This document shows, one piece after another, positions 26,873 through 38,870 of a stretch of 64,000 nt of DNA (its first letter is position 1; each line of letters opens with the position of its first letter). Source of the stretch: the human T2T-CHM13v2.0 reference genome, Homo sapiens. The stretch is from the NCBI RefSeq assembly GCF_009914755.1, contig NC_060947.1; one strand, written 5' to 3'. The notes under the pieces are model-generated. The model saw nothing but the letters and a program-made list of their open reading frames with translations, did not search any database and was not told the DNA's origin. Both the position numbers and the translations under genes were made by a program.

Positions 26873-27095
26873 AAGCTCCTGACGTGAAGTGGGAGAAGTG
26901 CTTGTACAAACCCCGAGGATAATAGATGTGATCCTGCCTTGTAAATTGTAAAGCACTGTGTCCACAGAAGGGCTCAGGGTTCTGTTCAATGTTTCTCTGC
27001 CTGGGGCCAGTCCTTCTCCCCTGCATTTTGCCCCTGAGTGTGCTGGGTAGGTTGGAGAGATTAGCTCTGTGGAGTGTTCAGGTTTGGATTGGAAG

Positions 27096-27210
27096 CTGTG
27101 GCCCTGAATGGAACAGACGGTTTGGCAGCCATTTAGAATCAACTGTTCATGATTAAAGCCTCAGTGGGTAGTGTAGGGCCCTGCAGACGGAGGCCTGTCA
27201 CTTCCGATCA
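27096..27210 (+). repeat. Presumed donor copy of the 115-bp duplication
   Basis: Continuous with flanking non-repeat sequence and matches 22993-23107. Confidence 0.95.
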
Positions 27211-27389
27211 TGTTCCTACTCCATCATCTGTGGCTGACTCCTTAGCATGCTGATGCAGGGCTAGAGCCTGGAACCCTGATTTAATTCCTCAGCGCCCATT
27301 GGGGTGTTCTGGGCCTTTGCGCATGTCAAAGAGGGGAAACACTTCCTCCTTTTTAGATGCAGCCAGTTTTGGCTGTCCTTCATTTCTCT

Positions 27390-27560
27390 TCATGCACAGC
27401 AAGCCAATTCCTATTGACACTTGCCTGGACAATTGCAACAGCCTCCAAACAAGTCTCCCTGCCTCCACTCTTGTCCTTTCAGGCTACTTTTCACATGGCA
27501 ACCAGGGTGAACATGTGAAAATGAAAATACAACCACATCATTGGCCTACTGAAGAGTGCC
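27390..27560 (+). mobile_element. L2 fragment
   Basis: 'cttgcctggacaattgcaacagcctccaaacaagtctccctgcctccactcttg'. Confidence 0.7.
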
Positions 27561-27709
27561 CTCAAGACGAAGTCAAAGCTGCTTGGATTTCAGAAAGCCT
27601 TTCAGGATTTTTTTTGTTTTGTTTTAAAGTGATTAGCCATTGCTTTGTTACTAAGTTACTGAGTTTTTTATTTAGATGCTAGTCCAATATTGTCCACAAC
27701 ATGATGACA

Positions 27710-27925
27710 ACAACAGCAGCAGGTCACCTTCATTTAGCGTGCCAGGCACTGAGCCATGCACTCTGCATGCATTGTCTCCTTTAATACTTACGGCGGGAAG
27801 CCACTGACAGTATTTCCACTTTACAGATAAAAAACTGGCCCCAGTGAACCTGTGTAGCTTCCCAAAGATTACCCAGCTAGAAGGAGCAAAGCCTGGATTT
27901 GAAGCCTGCCTTGTGTCTTAATCAC
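27710..27925 (-). mobile_element. MIR
   Basis: 'gtgccaggcactgag...ccactttacagataaaaaactgg...cccagctagaaggagcaaagcctggatttgaa'. Confidence 0.7.
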
Positions 27926-28284
27926 TGTGTGTGGAACTTCCCCAAGTCTCTATCCAATGGCTGACCTGCGTGACAGGTTGCTCACCACCATAGGACATCC
28001 TGTTCCAGTGGGAGGCACTCTGCCTGTGCTATTGCTTTGGTTGAGTGGCAGTCTGCCTCCCTGGCCTCAGCACAGCCCACTAGAGCCCTTCAGAACAAAT
28101 CTCTGCCCTCTGCTTCAGTCTTGCCCTGTGGGGACTGTGAGCCAGTCACCAAATCTCCTCACCTCACCTGCCCAAAGCTTTCTGGGGCCCTCAGCCATCT
28201 GGTCAATTTCCTCTGGAGTGCTCAGCCTATCACAACTAACTCATCCCCATTCACTAGAGAGAGCTGTTGGGGAATCAAATTTGT

Positions 28285-28510
28285 TTCTTGGTTAAGGGCT
28301 TTGGAGCCACACAGACCCAGGTTCAAATCTCCACTAGACTCGTTATTGGCTCTGTGACACAGGAAATGTTGCTTAACTTCTTCAAATCTAGTTTCTACTT
28401 TGTAACACTGGAATAACCATAGTACTTTCCTTATAAGTTTATTGTGAGAATTAACTTGAATTAATTTATGTAAGATACTTAAAATACTGCCACGCTCATA
28501 GCAAACTATA
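28285..28510 (+). mobile_element. MIR
   Basis: 'ggttaagggctttggagccacacagacccaggttcaaatc...ctctgtgacacaggaaatgttgcttaact'. Confidence 0.75.
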
Positions 28511-28564
28511 AGACTGTATTTGTTGCACTATATATTTTCCTGATTTGCCTGAGAACAGACATTT

Positions 28565-29245
28565 TCTTTTTTATTTTTTTTTTAAATATTGAGAGGCGTA
28601 GCTTACATATAGGACAGCATACGAACATTAAGTGAATACTTATATAGGTATAAACCTGTATAACCATAACTCAGCTCAAGATAGGGAAAATATTCATTCC
28701 CTAATGTCCATTCCCATTCAATGCCCCATTCTTAGATGTATTTAATAATCTGATTTGTGTTCCTATAGATTATATTTGTCCCTTCTAGAGTTTCATACAG
28801 GTAGAATCATACAGTTTGTATTTTTTGTCTGGCTTCTTTCACACAGCATATTTTTGAGGCCATCCATGTTGTAAAATGTATCAGTGGTTCATTTTTTTTA
28901 TTGCATCATGTCACACTTTATTATCTATTAACCTGTTGATGAACATATTTTTCCAGTTGGGAGACTATATGAATAATGTTATTATGAACACTTGAGTACA
29001 AGTCTTTGTGAAAACATACGTTTTTGTTTCATTTGGATATATATCTAGGAATGGAATTGCTGGGTCATATGGTAACTCTATGTTTAACTGTATTAGAAAC
29101 CATCAAACTATTTTACAAAGTGTTTGTATCATTTTACCAGCAGTGCGTGAGGGTTCCAGTTCTCCCCATTCTTGCCAACACTTGTTATCACTCTTTTAAA
29201 TAGGTCTTTAGTAGCCATTCTAGTGGATGTACAGTAATTGGAAGT
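28565..29245 (-). mobile_element. Ancient L1 (L1MB/L1ME-type) 3' end
   Basis: Poly-T, then antisense 3' UTR and ORF2 end 'ctaggaatggaattgctgggtcatatggtaactctatgtttaac'. Confidence 0.8.
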
Positions 29246-30708
29246 TATTAAATGACTATACACTGGGCTCAGTCTTGATGTAGGCATTGTATGTGACATT
29301 GATTGGACACAGTAGGTGTGAAAACTACAATTATGAGGATACCTTATATTCAGTAGCATTATCACTCTGACTTCGGTACATAACAACACTGTAAGGTAAG
29401 GTAGGCATCTCAGAAATCATTATCTTCATTGTACAGATGAGGAACCTGCAACTTGTTCACTCATTAAACAGTGAACCTCTGCTATGTGCCAGATGTCAGG
29501 CTGGACTCTGGGAGACTTGTGGACCAGCCAGACATTTTTGCCAGCCACAGTGAGGGTTGCAGACCATTGGGAAAGATGGCTCCTGGACAAGTACTAAGCC
29601 ACACAACCCAGACACAAAGATTCAAATGAGACTTGATGCCATGCTAAACTCGACCCCAGCCCTTTTGACGTTGCTCTCTATTTTGGCTCAGCCTAGTCCA
29701 GGTTTGAGAGTCTTTTCTGAAGAGGACTTATTTTTCAAGCACAGTTAATGATGTTGTCTTATCAGAACTGAGGTAAAGAGAAGGGTCTCCATGGCTGGCA
29801 CATAGCAGATAACCAGCAAGGGGTACGGTGGTCATTAGGTATTGACCCTTTGGCCATCCTGGTGTCACTCAGGCTCATTCACCCATTACTGGGTGAAAAA
29901 TCATTTGTAATGGGGAGGGTCCACCCTAGGGACTTTTCATTGGAGAATGATATTTGGGGACACTCTCTGCCCAATGCCTCTTAGAATCACTAGATACTAT
30001 GTACTAATCACCACCCAAGGCAATCTTTATGCATCGTACAAGGCCTATAACTTCTCCAAACTTCCCTTAAACTGCATGGCAATACATCCAGCAGTTTTCA
30101 AGTGATACAGAAATGGTTACACAGACACAAACTAAACTGGCAATACATCTAATTGAAAGGGCGGAGTAGGACAACACGTGTCTCCTCCCACACATGTATC
30201 CCACTCCCTCTGTTTGTTCCTTTGGATAGTATGCAAGGAAATTGGGGGACACTTCCAAAGGGGCCTTTCCTGCCATTTCCCTGGGAGAAGTAAGGCATAT
30301 GTTGTTTTCGTAAAAAGCTGATTCTTGGAGAGTTTTGCTTTTCAATAATTATGCATCCATGGCAGATTCATCAGTCTATAATATATTCCTTAGTGACGAG
30401 CAATTTGTTGTTCTTCTTCTAGCACAAATCACAGCAGCCTTGGTAAACTCGTCTTCTTCTCCCGCTATCTTTCAAAGGGTGACTAACGTGGGCCATCCAA
30501 TAGGTAATGTAAACATGACCCTGGGGTTGCAATGGGACAGGTGGGTGCTGATTTAAACTGAATTGCCACTTGAAGGGTTACCAACCACCCAGAAAGCCAT
30601 GTTGGAGGCATTGTTAACCTGTGCTCACCCACTGCTAAAGGTCCCACTTGGAAGATCCCAACAACTCTTTCTTCTCAAAGGACTATATGAGTTCCTGCTT
30701 CTCTTTTT

Positions 30709-31784
30709 AATGTTTTTTAATTCTTAATTTTTTGAGGTACGTAATAGGTGTATAATTTTTAGGTAAATGAGATGTTTTGATCCAGGCATGCAATGCAAAA
30801 TAATCACATCATGGAGAATGGGGTATCCATCCCCTCAAGTATTTACCCTTTGTGTTACAAACAACTCAGTTACACTCTTTTATTTATTTTAAAATGTAAA
30901 ATTAAGTTATTATTGACTATAGCCTCCCTTTTGTGCTATCAAATAGTAGGTCTTATTCATTCTTTCTATTTGTTTGTACCCATTAACCATCCCTACCTTC
31001 TCCCCAGCCCCCTACTACCCTTCCCAGCCTCTGGTAACCATCCTTCTACTCTCTATGCTCATGAGTTAAATTGTTTTAATTTTTAGATTTCACAAATAAG
31101 TGAGAACATGCAATGTTTGTCTTTCTGTGTCTGGTTTATTTCACTTAACATAAAGATCTCCAGTTCCATCCATGTTGCTGCAAATGGCAAGATCTCATTC
31201 TTCTTTATGGCTGAATAGTACTCCATTGTGCATACATACCACATTTTCTTTATCCATTTATCTGTTGGTGGACCCTTAAGTTGCTACCAGATGTTAACTA
31301 TTGTAACTATTGTAAATAGTGCTACAACAAACATGGGAGTGCAGATATCTCTTTGAAATACTGATTTTCTTTCTTTTGGGTATATACCCAGCAGTGAGAT
31401 TACTGAATCATAAGGTAGCTCAATTTTTAGTTTTTTGAGGAACCTCCAAACTGTTCTCCATAGTGTTTGTACTAATTTACATTCCCACTAACAGTGTACA
31501 AAGATTCCCTTTTCTCCACATCCTCTCCAGCATTTATTATTGCCTGACTTTTGGATAGAAGTCATTTTAACTGGTATGAGATGATGTGTCATTGTAGTTT
31601 TGGTTTGTTTTTCTCTGGTGATCAATGTTGTTGAGCAACTTTTCATATGTCTGTTTCCCATCTGTATGTCTTCTTTTGAGAAATGTCTATTCAAATATTT
31701 TGCCCATTTTTGATTGGATTATTAGACTGAGTTTTTTGAACTCCTTATATATTCTGGTTATTAATCTGCTATTAGATGGGTATT
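30709..31784 (-). mobile_element. 5'-truncated L1MA1-3-type with perfect TSD
   Basis: 'aataatcacatcatggagaatggggtatccatcccctcaag'. ORF 31488 reads [12 protein letters not shown]. 17-bp TSD ttcctgcttctcttttt at 30692-30708 and 31785-31801. Confidence 0.92.
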
Positions 31785-32190
31785 TTCCTGCTTCTCTTTT
31801 TCAAAGTTGTTTTGGGTATTCTAGGTGCATACATTACCATATTAATTTTAGCATCAGATTTCCTATTTCTACAAAATACGTGTTTTGTGATTTTTGATTG
31901 GAATTGCATTGAATCTATAGAACAGCTTAGGAAAATTAACATTCTAATGATATTGGGTCTTCTGATCCAGGAACACAGTATATCTATTTTGGTATTTCAT
32001 TTTCTCAGCAATGTTCTGTAATTTTCAGTGTCTAAGTGTCTCATTCCTTTGTCAGATTTATCCCTAAGTATTCCATACTTTTCGAAGTGATTGTATGCAG
32101 TATTTTTAAATTTTAATTTCTCTTTTTTATCATTACCATATACATCTACAATTGATTATTGTTTATTGATCTTATATCCTGCAAACTTGC

Positions 32191-32659
32191 TATATTAGAT
32201 TCTTATGACTGCTATAACAAATTAACACAAACTTGGTAGCTTAAAACAATACAAATTTATTATATTACAATTCTGGCAGTCAGAGTTCCAAAATTAGTCT
32301 CAGTGGCCTAAAATCAAGGTGTCATCAGGACTGTGCTCCTTCTGGAGTCTTTGGGGGAGAATCTCCTTTTTTTTCTAGCTTCCAGAGGCTATTCATATTG
32401 TTTGACTCATGGTTCCAGTTTCCATCTTAAAGCCAGCAGAATAACATCTTCCAATGTTTCTCTCTTTCTGACTCTGCCCCTTTTGCTTTCCTTTTATGAT
32501 TGCATTAGGCCCACCAGGATAATCCAGAATAATATTCTTATCTCAAGTTCCTTAACTTAATCACACCTGCCAAGCCCCTCTTGCCATGGAAGGTAACATA
32601 TTCACAGGCTCTGAAGATTAGAATATGAACATCTTTAGAAGACTGTTATTCTGACTACA
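32191..32659 (-). mobile_element. MaLR solo LTR, MLT1C/D-type
   Basis: 'gctataacaaattaacacaaacttggtagcttaaaacaa...ctaaaatcaaggtgtc...aggataatccag...ccttaacttaatcacacctg...aaggtaacatattcacagg'. Confidence 0.88.
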
Positions 32660-32776
32660 GCACTTATCAAAGACACTAGTTTCAGACTTTTAAACAAGAT
32701 TCAGTCAGATTTTCTATGTAGATTATAATAATGTCTGCAAATAAAGGGTTTTTATTTTTCTTTTTCAATCTACATG

Positions 32777-32780
32777 CTTG

Positions 32781-32811
<31 letters not shown>

Positions 32812-32868
32812 TCCTTCCTTCCTTCCTTCCTTCCTTCCTTCCTTCCTTCCTTCCTTCCTTCCTTCCTT
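32777..32868 (+). repeat. Compound tetranucleotide STR (CCTG)7(CCTT)15
   Basis: Counted directly: CCTG at 32781-32808 and CCTT at 32809-32868. Confidence 0.95.
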
Positions 32869-33417
32869 CTTCTTCCCTTATTTTTCTTCTGGCTTTATTG
32901 CAGTGGTTAGAATCTCTAGTACAATGTTAAATAGACGTGATGAAAGTGAACTCCTTATCTTGTTCCAGATCTTCAAGCAAGGTCATTCATTCCTTTATCA
33001 TAATGTATTATGATTTCTTATAAGTTACTTTTATCTGGTTGTGGAAGTTCTCTTCTATTCCTAGTTTGTGCAGAGGTTTCATAAGTAATGGATTTTGAAT
33101 ACTGCCGAATGCTTCTGCTGAGGTCATCATATGGGTCTTTTTAGATTTGTTAATATGATGTACTACATTGATTAATTTTCAAACATTAACACAAACTTGC
33201 ATTCCTGGGATAAATCTACTTGAACATGATGTAGTATCCTTTTTACATGTTGCTGGCTTTTAATTTGCTAAAAATATTTTAAGATTCTTTTTAAAATTAT
33301 GTACTTGAAGATATTGGTCTTTAGTTTTCGTTTCTTGTAATGTCTTTATTTGCTTTTATTATTAAGATAATGTTGGTCTCATAAATTGAGATGGAAAGTA
33401 TTTCTTTCTCTTCAGTT

Positions 33418-33665
33418 ATAAATGTAGACATGCAAAAACTCCAACAACATAATAGCAAACCAAATCCAGCAACATTTAAAAAGAATTATAAAGCATGACC
33501 ATGTGGGATTTATCCCAGGAATACAAGGTTGGTTTAATATCTGGAAATAATGTAATATATAATATTAATTGGTTGCTAGAATCACATGATCATCTCAATA
33601 GATGCAGAAAATATTCAGCCCCCTTTCTTGGTAAGAACACTTAATAAACTGGGAATAGAAGGGAT
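33418..33665 (+). mobile_element. Plus-strand L1 ORF2 RT fragment inside the minus-strand L1
   Basis: 'gcaaaccaaatccagcaacatttaaaaagaattat...gtgggatttatcccaggaatacaaggttggtttaa'. Confidence 0.82.
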
Positions 33666-34037
33666 GATCTGTTAGTGCTGATGTCTTTCACCTTTTGTAT
33701 GTCTGAAAAAAGCTTCATTTTTCATATCATATCATACCATATCATGTGATTTTCATATCACTTCCTTTTTGAGTGACATTTTTCCTGGGTGTGGAATATT
33801 AGGTTGACATGTTGTTTTCAATACTTTAAAAATATTGCTTCACTATCTTCTCACTTGCGTTATTTCCAACAAAAATCTTATGCCCTTATCTTTATTCCTC
33901 TGCTACATATTTCTTTTCTGTCTCCTCTAGGTTTTCTTATTATCTCTGTTTTTCATAATTTGTTTGTGATGTGCCTTGGTGTAATTTTCTTCATGTTTCT
34001 TGTGATCCCTGTTTGCTGAGCTTTTTGGATTGGTGGG

Positions 34038-34458
34038 TGATACGGTTTGGATGTTTTATCCCCTCCAAATCTCATGTTGGAATGTGACTTCCAATATTAG
34101 AGGTGGGCTCAGTGGGAGGTGTTTGTGTCATGGGGAACAATCCCTCACAAATGGTTTGATGCTGTGTTCACAGTATTAAGTTAGTTCTCACTTTATGAGT
34201 TCATGCAAGATCTGGTTGTTTAAAAGAACCTGGACCCTCTTCCCTCTCTCTTGCTCCTTCTCTCTTCATGTGACACACTGGCTCCCTGTTTGCCTTCCAC
34301 CATGATTGTAAGCTTCCTGAGGCCTTACCAGAGGCACATGCTGGCACCACCATGCTTCCTGTATAGCCTGCAGACCCATGAGCCAAAATAATCCTCTTTT
34401 CTTTATAAATTACCCAGTCTCGGGTATTACTTTTAGCAATGCAAAATGGGCTAACACA
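34038..34458 (+). mobile_element. MaLR solo LTR, MSTB-type, with 5-bp TSD
   Basis: Termini tgatacggtttgg...ctaacaca. TSD gtggg at 34033-34037 and 34459-34463. Confidence 0.93.
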
Positions 34459-36604
34459 GTGGGTTTATATTTTTCATCAAATTTGGAAAAAAAGGACATC
34501 ATTTTGTTACATAATTTTTCTGTTTGCCTCTCATTTTCAGAGACTCTAATTATATGTATATTAGAGCACTTGCAGTTTTCTACAGCTCAGTGATGCTCTG
34601 CTATTTTTTTTAACTTCTCTTTTCTCTCAGCTTCCCATCTTGGATAGTTTATTTTGCTATATCTTCAAGCTCACTTTTCTTTTTTTCTGAAATATCTAAT
34701 TTGTTAGTTAATCTCATCTAGTGCATTTTTATCTCATTTTTTTAAGTTTTCATCTGCAGAAGTTTGATTTGTGTCTTTTTATATCTGTCACATTTCTACT
34801 TAACTTTTTACCATATGGAACACAATTATAATTATTCTTTTAATGTCCATGTTTGCTAATTCTGATATCTGTATCACTTCTGGGTTGGTTTCAACTGATT
34901 AATTTTTCTTTCTGTTGTTTGGATTTTTCTAGTTCATTGCATGCCTGCAATATTTGTTTGGAGCCAGACATTTTGATTTTACCTTGTCAGGTGCTAGATT
35001 TTACCTTGTCAAGTGCTATATTTTTGAATTCCTATAAACATTATCAATCTTCATTCTGGAATGCAGTTAAGTTAATTAGAAACAGTCTGGTCCTTTTGAT
35101 TTATTAGGTGGGAGTGGGACATTGCTCAGTCTAGGGTTCATAATTCCTCACTTTTGAAGCAAGAATACTGTGTACTCTATCCATTGTCAGGTGAATTACG
35201 AATTTGTCTAGTCTGGCTGGTGGCAGCAGGTACTGTTCCAGATTGTGTGAGTGCTATGTCCTTCACTCTCATCCTTTTAGATAATTCTTACCCCAGCCTC
35301 CAATAGTTTCCTCATATGCATGTGCTGATCAGTATTCTGTTGAATACTTGAGGGGGGCACTCCACAGACATCTGGAATTATTTCTATGTGTATCTTTCTA
35401 CTCTCCAATATTCTGCACTACAAGCTCTGGCTGTCTTTGTTTTCCCAAAATCCAAGCTGGAAGTCTTCAATTCAGGGATACTGTAAGGCTTTGCCTGGGT
35501 TTTCCCTCCTTGCATCACATCTTAGAAGATTTTCTAGGCAATAAGCTGGGAAAATCATAGTACTCACCAACTGTTTCTCTTTTCTCCAGGATCACTGTTC
35601 TTTGTTACGTGATGCACAGAGTCCTGAAAAGTATTGTTTCACACATTTTGTTCTTTCAGGCAGGAGAATAAATCTAATCCTTATTACTTTAACTTGGCAA
35701 GAAGTGGAAGTCCCAATGTTATTTAATTTTAATCAATCTACATTTATGTAGCCACATAGCATAGTGCACTTCTAGAGGATTCAGAAGTTCAGTGAGACCG
35801 AAGTGTAGAAAGCAAGAAACATGTCGTCAGATGAAGCTGGTCTAATCAGGCTCTCTGTTTGTATTGGATTCTAGTTATATGCCACCCCAGTTTTGCTCAG
35901 CCCTGCCCACTTTCCAGACACAAAGTCATTTTCTCAATGAAAAGCCCCATATGCCACTGCTATTGCCTTATTACCTAGCACTGTCAGTAATTTTAGTCAC
36001 TTTCTACTTCAAGGTGAGGGTTAGGCTCCATTGTATCCTCCACTGAGTCTACCGTGGTAGAAGTTGCAAGTGTTGTGCTACCCAGGCCTGATCCTACTGC
36101 ATCCAATAGAAGCCCTGGTCCCTCCTATCACTTCTAGACTCAGATGAAGTGCCTTAGGCACCATGGGGTCTCACTTCCATAATGGATACCTGAAGGGTGG
36201 ATAGCATAACCTGAATGTACAGGTAGGTTAGTAGCTTCTGAGTTGAATTTTCATCAATAAGCAACAAGAGATAGAATCGACTATTCTGCAGCAAGGTGGT
36301 TCCATTCCAACTGTCCACAGATGCCTAATGCCCCTGAGCAACAGGCTGAGTTTCTTTGGAAATTCTGGACAGCTGCATAGTCTGCCACCTGATATTTGCT
36401 TTCCTACCTTTCTTACCTGACTTATCTTTTTCACATCACTCTTGCTGTCTCAAGACTGAATCGCTAAATAAAGCCTTAGGATGTAAACTTCATATTTGGC
36501 TATGCTTTTTAAGCAACTCTGAGTACGACTGTTTTGTAGGTCATGGTCCAAATTTAAGACTTCAGGACCTTGGAAAACCCTTGGAGTATATGAGGTAGGA
36601 GAGT

Positions 36605-36985
36605 GAAAATGCACACTGACTGCTGAATGGAGAATAGGTTTGAGGGGATTAGAGTAGAGGCAGTAAGGCCAATTAGGGGCTATTGCTGTAGTTTAGGCCA
36701 CAGTTGATGTTGGCTTGGACTAGGGCAGTGACAGTGAAGTAGTAGAGTAAGCAGATATATTGTAGAGAGATTTAGAAGGTAGGCTAAAAAGTAACTCATG
36801 ATGGAATAGGTGAGAGGTAGAATGATGATTGAGGAGTCATAAAGGAATCTTAAGTTACTGGCTTTAATAATTGGGTAAATGTTGTCATTTTCAGATACCA
36901 GGGAAATTGTGGAGCATAAGATTTGGAAGATGAATTTGAATTTGAATATGTTGAATTTAAAGATACTATGGGCCATCCAATAGGA
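36605..36985 (-). mobile_element. L2 fragment
   Basis: 'gagtagaggcagtaaggccaattaggggctattgctgtagtttagg...ggcttggactagggcagtg'. Confidence 0.75.
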
Positions 36986-37455
36986 TGGATTTAATTCTGC
37001 TTTCATGGGAATGAGCATGCATTCCATGACCTCATTGCCCTCTCTGTGACTCACCCATTGGCAATCTCTCTGCTGTTGTTGGGGAAGGGACGCAAGTCTT
37101 TTGGTATTTTGTTTTATCTCAGTAACAAAGGAGAGGTCAGGTCTCTGGTAGGGAAAATGTGTTGTTTTATGTTTCACTTTGCTTTCTGTTCTTGAATTCA
37201 CCTAGATGCCCATAGACAATGAAAGATACAGCAGTTCTTCAGAGAACAAGGGATATCTGAACTTACAGCAGGAAGTTGAGTTCTAGCTATGGTTGCTGTG
37301 GTCCCCCTTAATGAAGTGATCTCAGCTGTGCCACCTTTTTGCTCCCACCACAGGGTCTCTGAGAGGCAATGAACTGCCCAGAAGCCCACCCAGGGCTTCT
37401 CTACCTCATTTAGTTGGGTCTTCTGCTTAGCAATGTTCTCCCTCTCCTGATGGGG

Positions 37456-37512
37456 AGGGTAAATAGCTAAAACTATTCATCATTTAGGGCAAATAGCTAG
37501 AACTATTCATCA
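37456..37512 (+). repeat. 30-bp-period tandem duplication in unique DNA
   Basis: agggtaaatagctaaaactattcatcattt / agggcaaatagctagaactattcatca, 25/27 identical. Confidence 0.85.
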
Positions 37513-38189
37513 GGCCTCTGTCGGGTGTTTCGAGGATTTAGGTTCAATGCTGAGGACAAGTCTCATTGCAGACATAAAGCTTGGGGCTTTGGGGCCCTCA
37601 CAGCAGGCAGCTATGATGCAGGTCTAAGTTATTACTCTGGTTGAGTCATTAAAGATTTTGAAATTGAAGCTATTTGTACCCCTGCCAAGCACAGCTCTCT
37701 GGTCTGGAAGGATCTTATCTATGTCCTGAACAAGTGAGTAATTCTCTGCCCACACTGTGCTTCATCTGTAGGCAGGGTCCAACTACCTGTGTAAATAGCC
37801 TGATGGGGCAGAGATTTGGCAAGCCATCCTGCATATTTATGTGGCCCCCAGGCCTCCACCTGCATACTTGTTAGTCTAATATCCCACGAGCTGGTCCTAA
37901 ATTGAATTAACCTAGCATAAAAGGATATTACTCCAGGCTGGGTCGTGGTTCTTGTCTGGAGAATTTTGGTGATCTTCAATGTCCGAGATATCTGCAGTCT
38001 GTATTCATTGTTCTCCTAGGCATGGGCACACTGCCATAGGTCACACTTGATCTTTGCCCTATTGATGCTCACAGTTTGGAGGTGCAAGTAGATCTGTGGC
38101 CAGTTAATAATTCTATAAGGAAATTAGTAATAAGTTTTCTGAGCTACAAATTACTACAGCAGCCAAATAACCAACAGGATTGCAACCCA

Positions 38190-38870
38190 ACAAAGTATCC
38201 TGGAGGAAGCAGCATTTGAGCTGAGTCTTTTAAGATGCAATTCTTCAGACATGTAGAGATTAGATGCAAGGCATTCCACTTTGAGAGAACTGTGTAAGCA
38301 AGAGAAAGAAGTGATACAGTACAAAATCTGCTCAGGGCACGGGAAGAACTCTAAGGTGTTTGAGGGTGAAGAGGTAGGAAGGGAGGAGATGCAACAGCTA
38401 AGGACAACATACCAAGGACCGTGCAGCCACACAATCAACTGTTATTTAGTATGTGCCCCAGAGCAAAGGAAGGTGTCTGAGTTGCATGGAGGTGGGTAGG
38501 GACAGGATAGTCACAAATATCTGTGTTTTGGAAGTCAGTCTAGAGAACAGAATGTGTGGAGGTAAAATAGAGAGTTCCATTTGAAGATGATAGCATGATT
38601 TCAGTGAGAGTTGAGGGAGGCTAAAGCACTGGAACTGGGGTTGGAGAAGAGACAGAATGGATAGAATTTGTCCTCAAACTACAAAGAGGGAGAGGAAGGA
38701 TAAAGGCAGTTCCCAGGATGCCTTCAGGAATCTTCCAGGAAGATGAGAGCACCACCCTTAAAATGGGGAATTCTGGAGGAGCAGTAGAGTAAGGAGGGCT
38801 GATTTGGTCAGGTTTGGCCACAGTGAAGTGCAACATGTATGTTGAGCAGCCAGGTGCATTGCAGGCAATT
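38190..38870 (-). mobile_element. L2 fragment(s)
   Basis: 'ctggaggaagcagcatttgagctgagtcttt...tggccacagtgaagtg'. Confidence 0.65.

Larger units (their letters stand above)
31785..35713 (-). mobile_element. Ancient L1 (L1ME/L1M5-type) ORF2 fragment, ORF1 and 5' end; hosts MLT1, an STR, MST and an inverted L1 piece
   Basis: Antisense ORF2 at about 31800-33410 and ORF1 at about 33680-34850. L1ME-like 5' terminus 'caggcaggagaataaatctaatccttattactttaacttggcaagaagtggaagtcc'. Confidence 0.75.

Noticed and set aside
34975-35018. 22-bp tandem duplication (21/22); similar micro-duplications near 2025-2055, 8350-8385 and 26500-26545
   Set aside because: These are two-copy slippage events inside old L1s with no spacers, so they are not CRISPR-like and carry no sign of function.
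36680-37201. 173-aa minus-strand ORF
   Set aside because: It is partly a decayed L2 frame and partly unique DNA, with no coherent protein.
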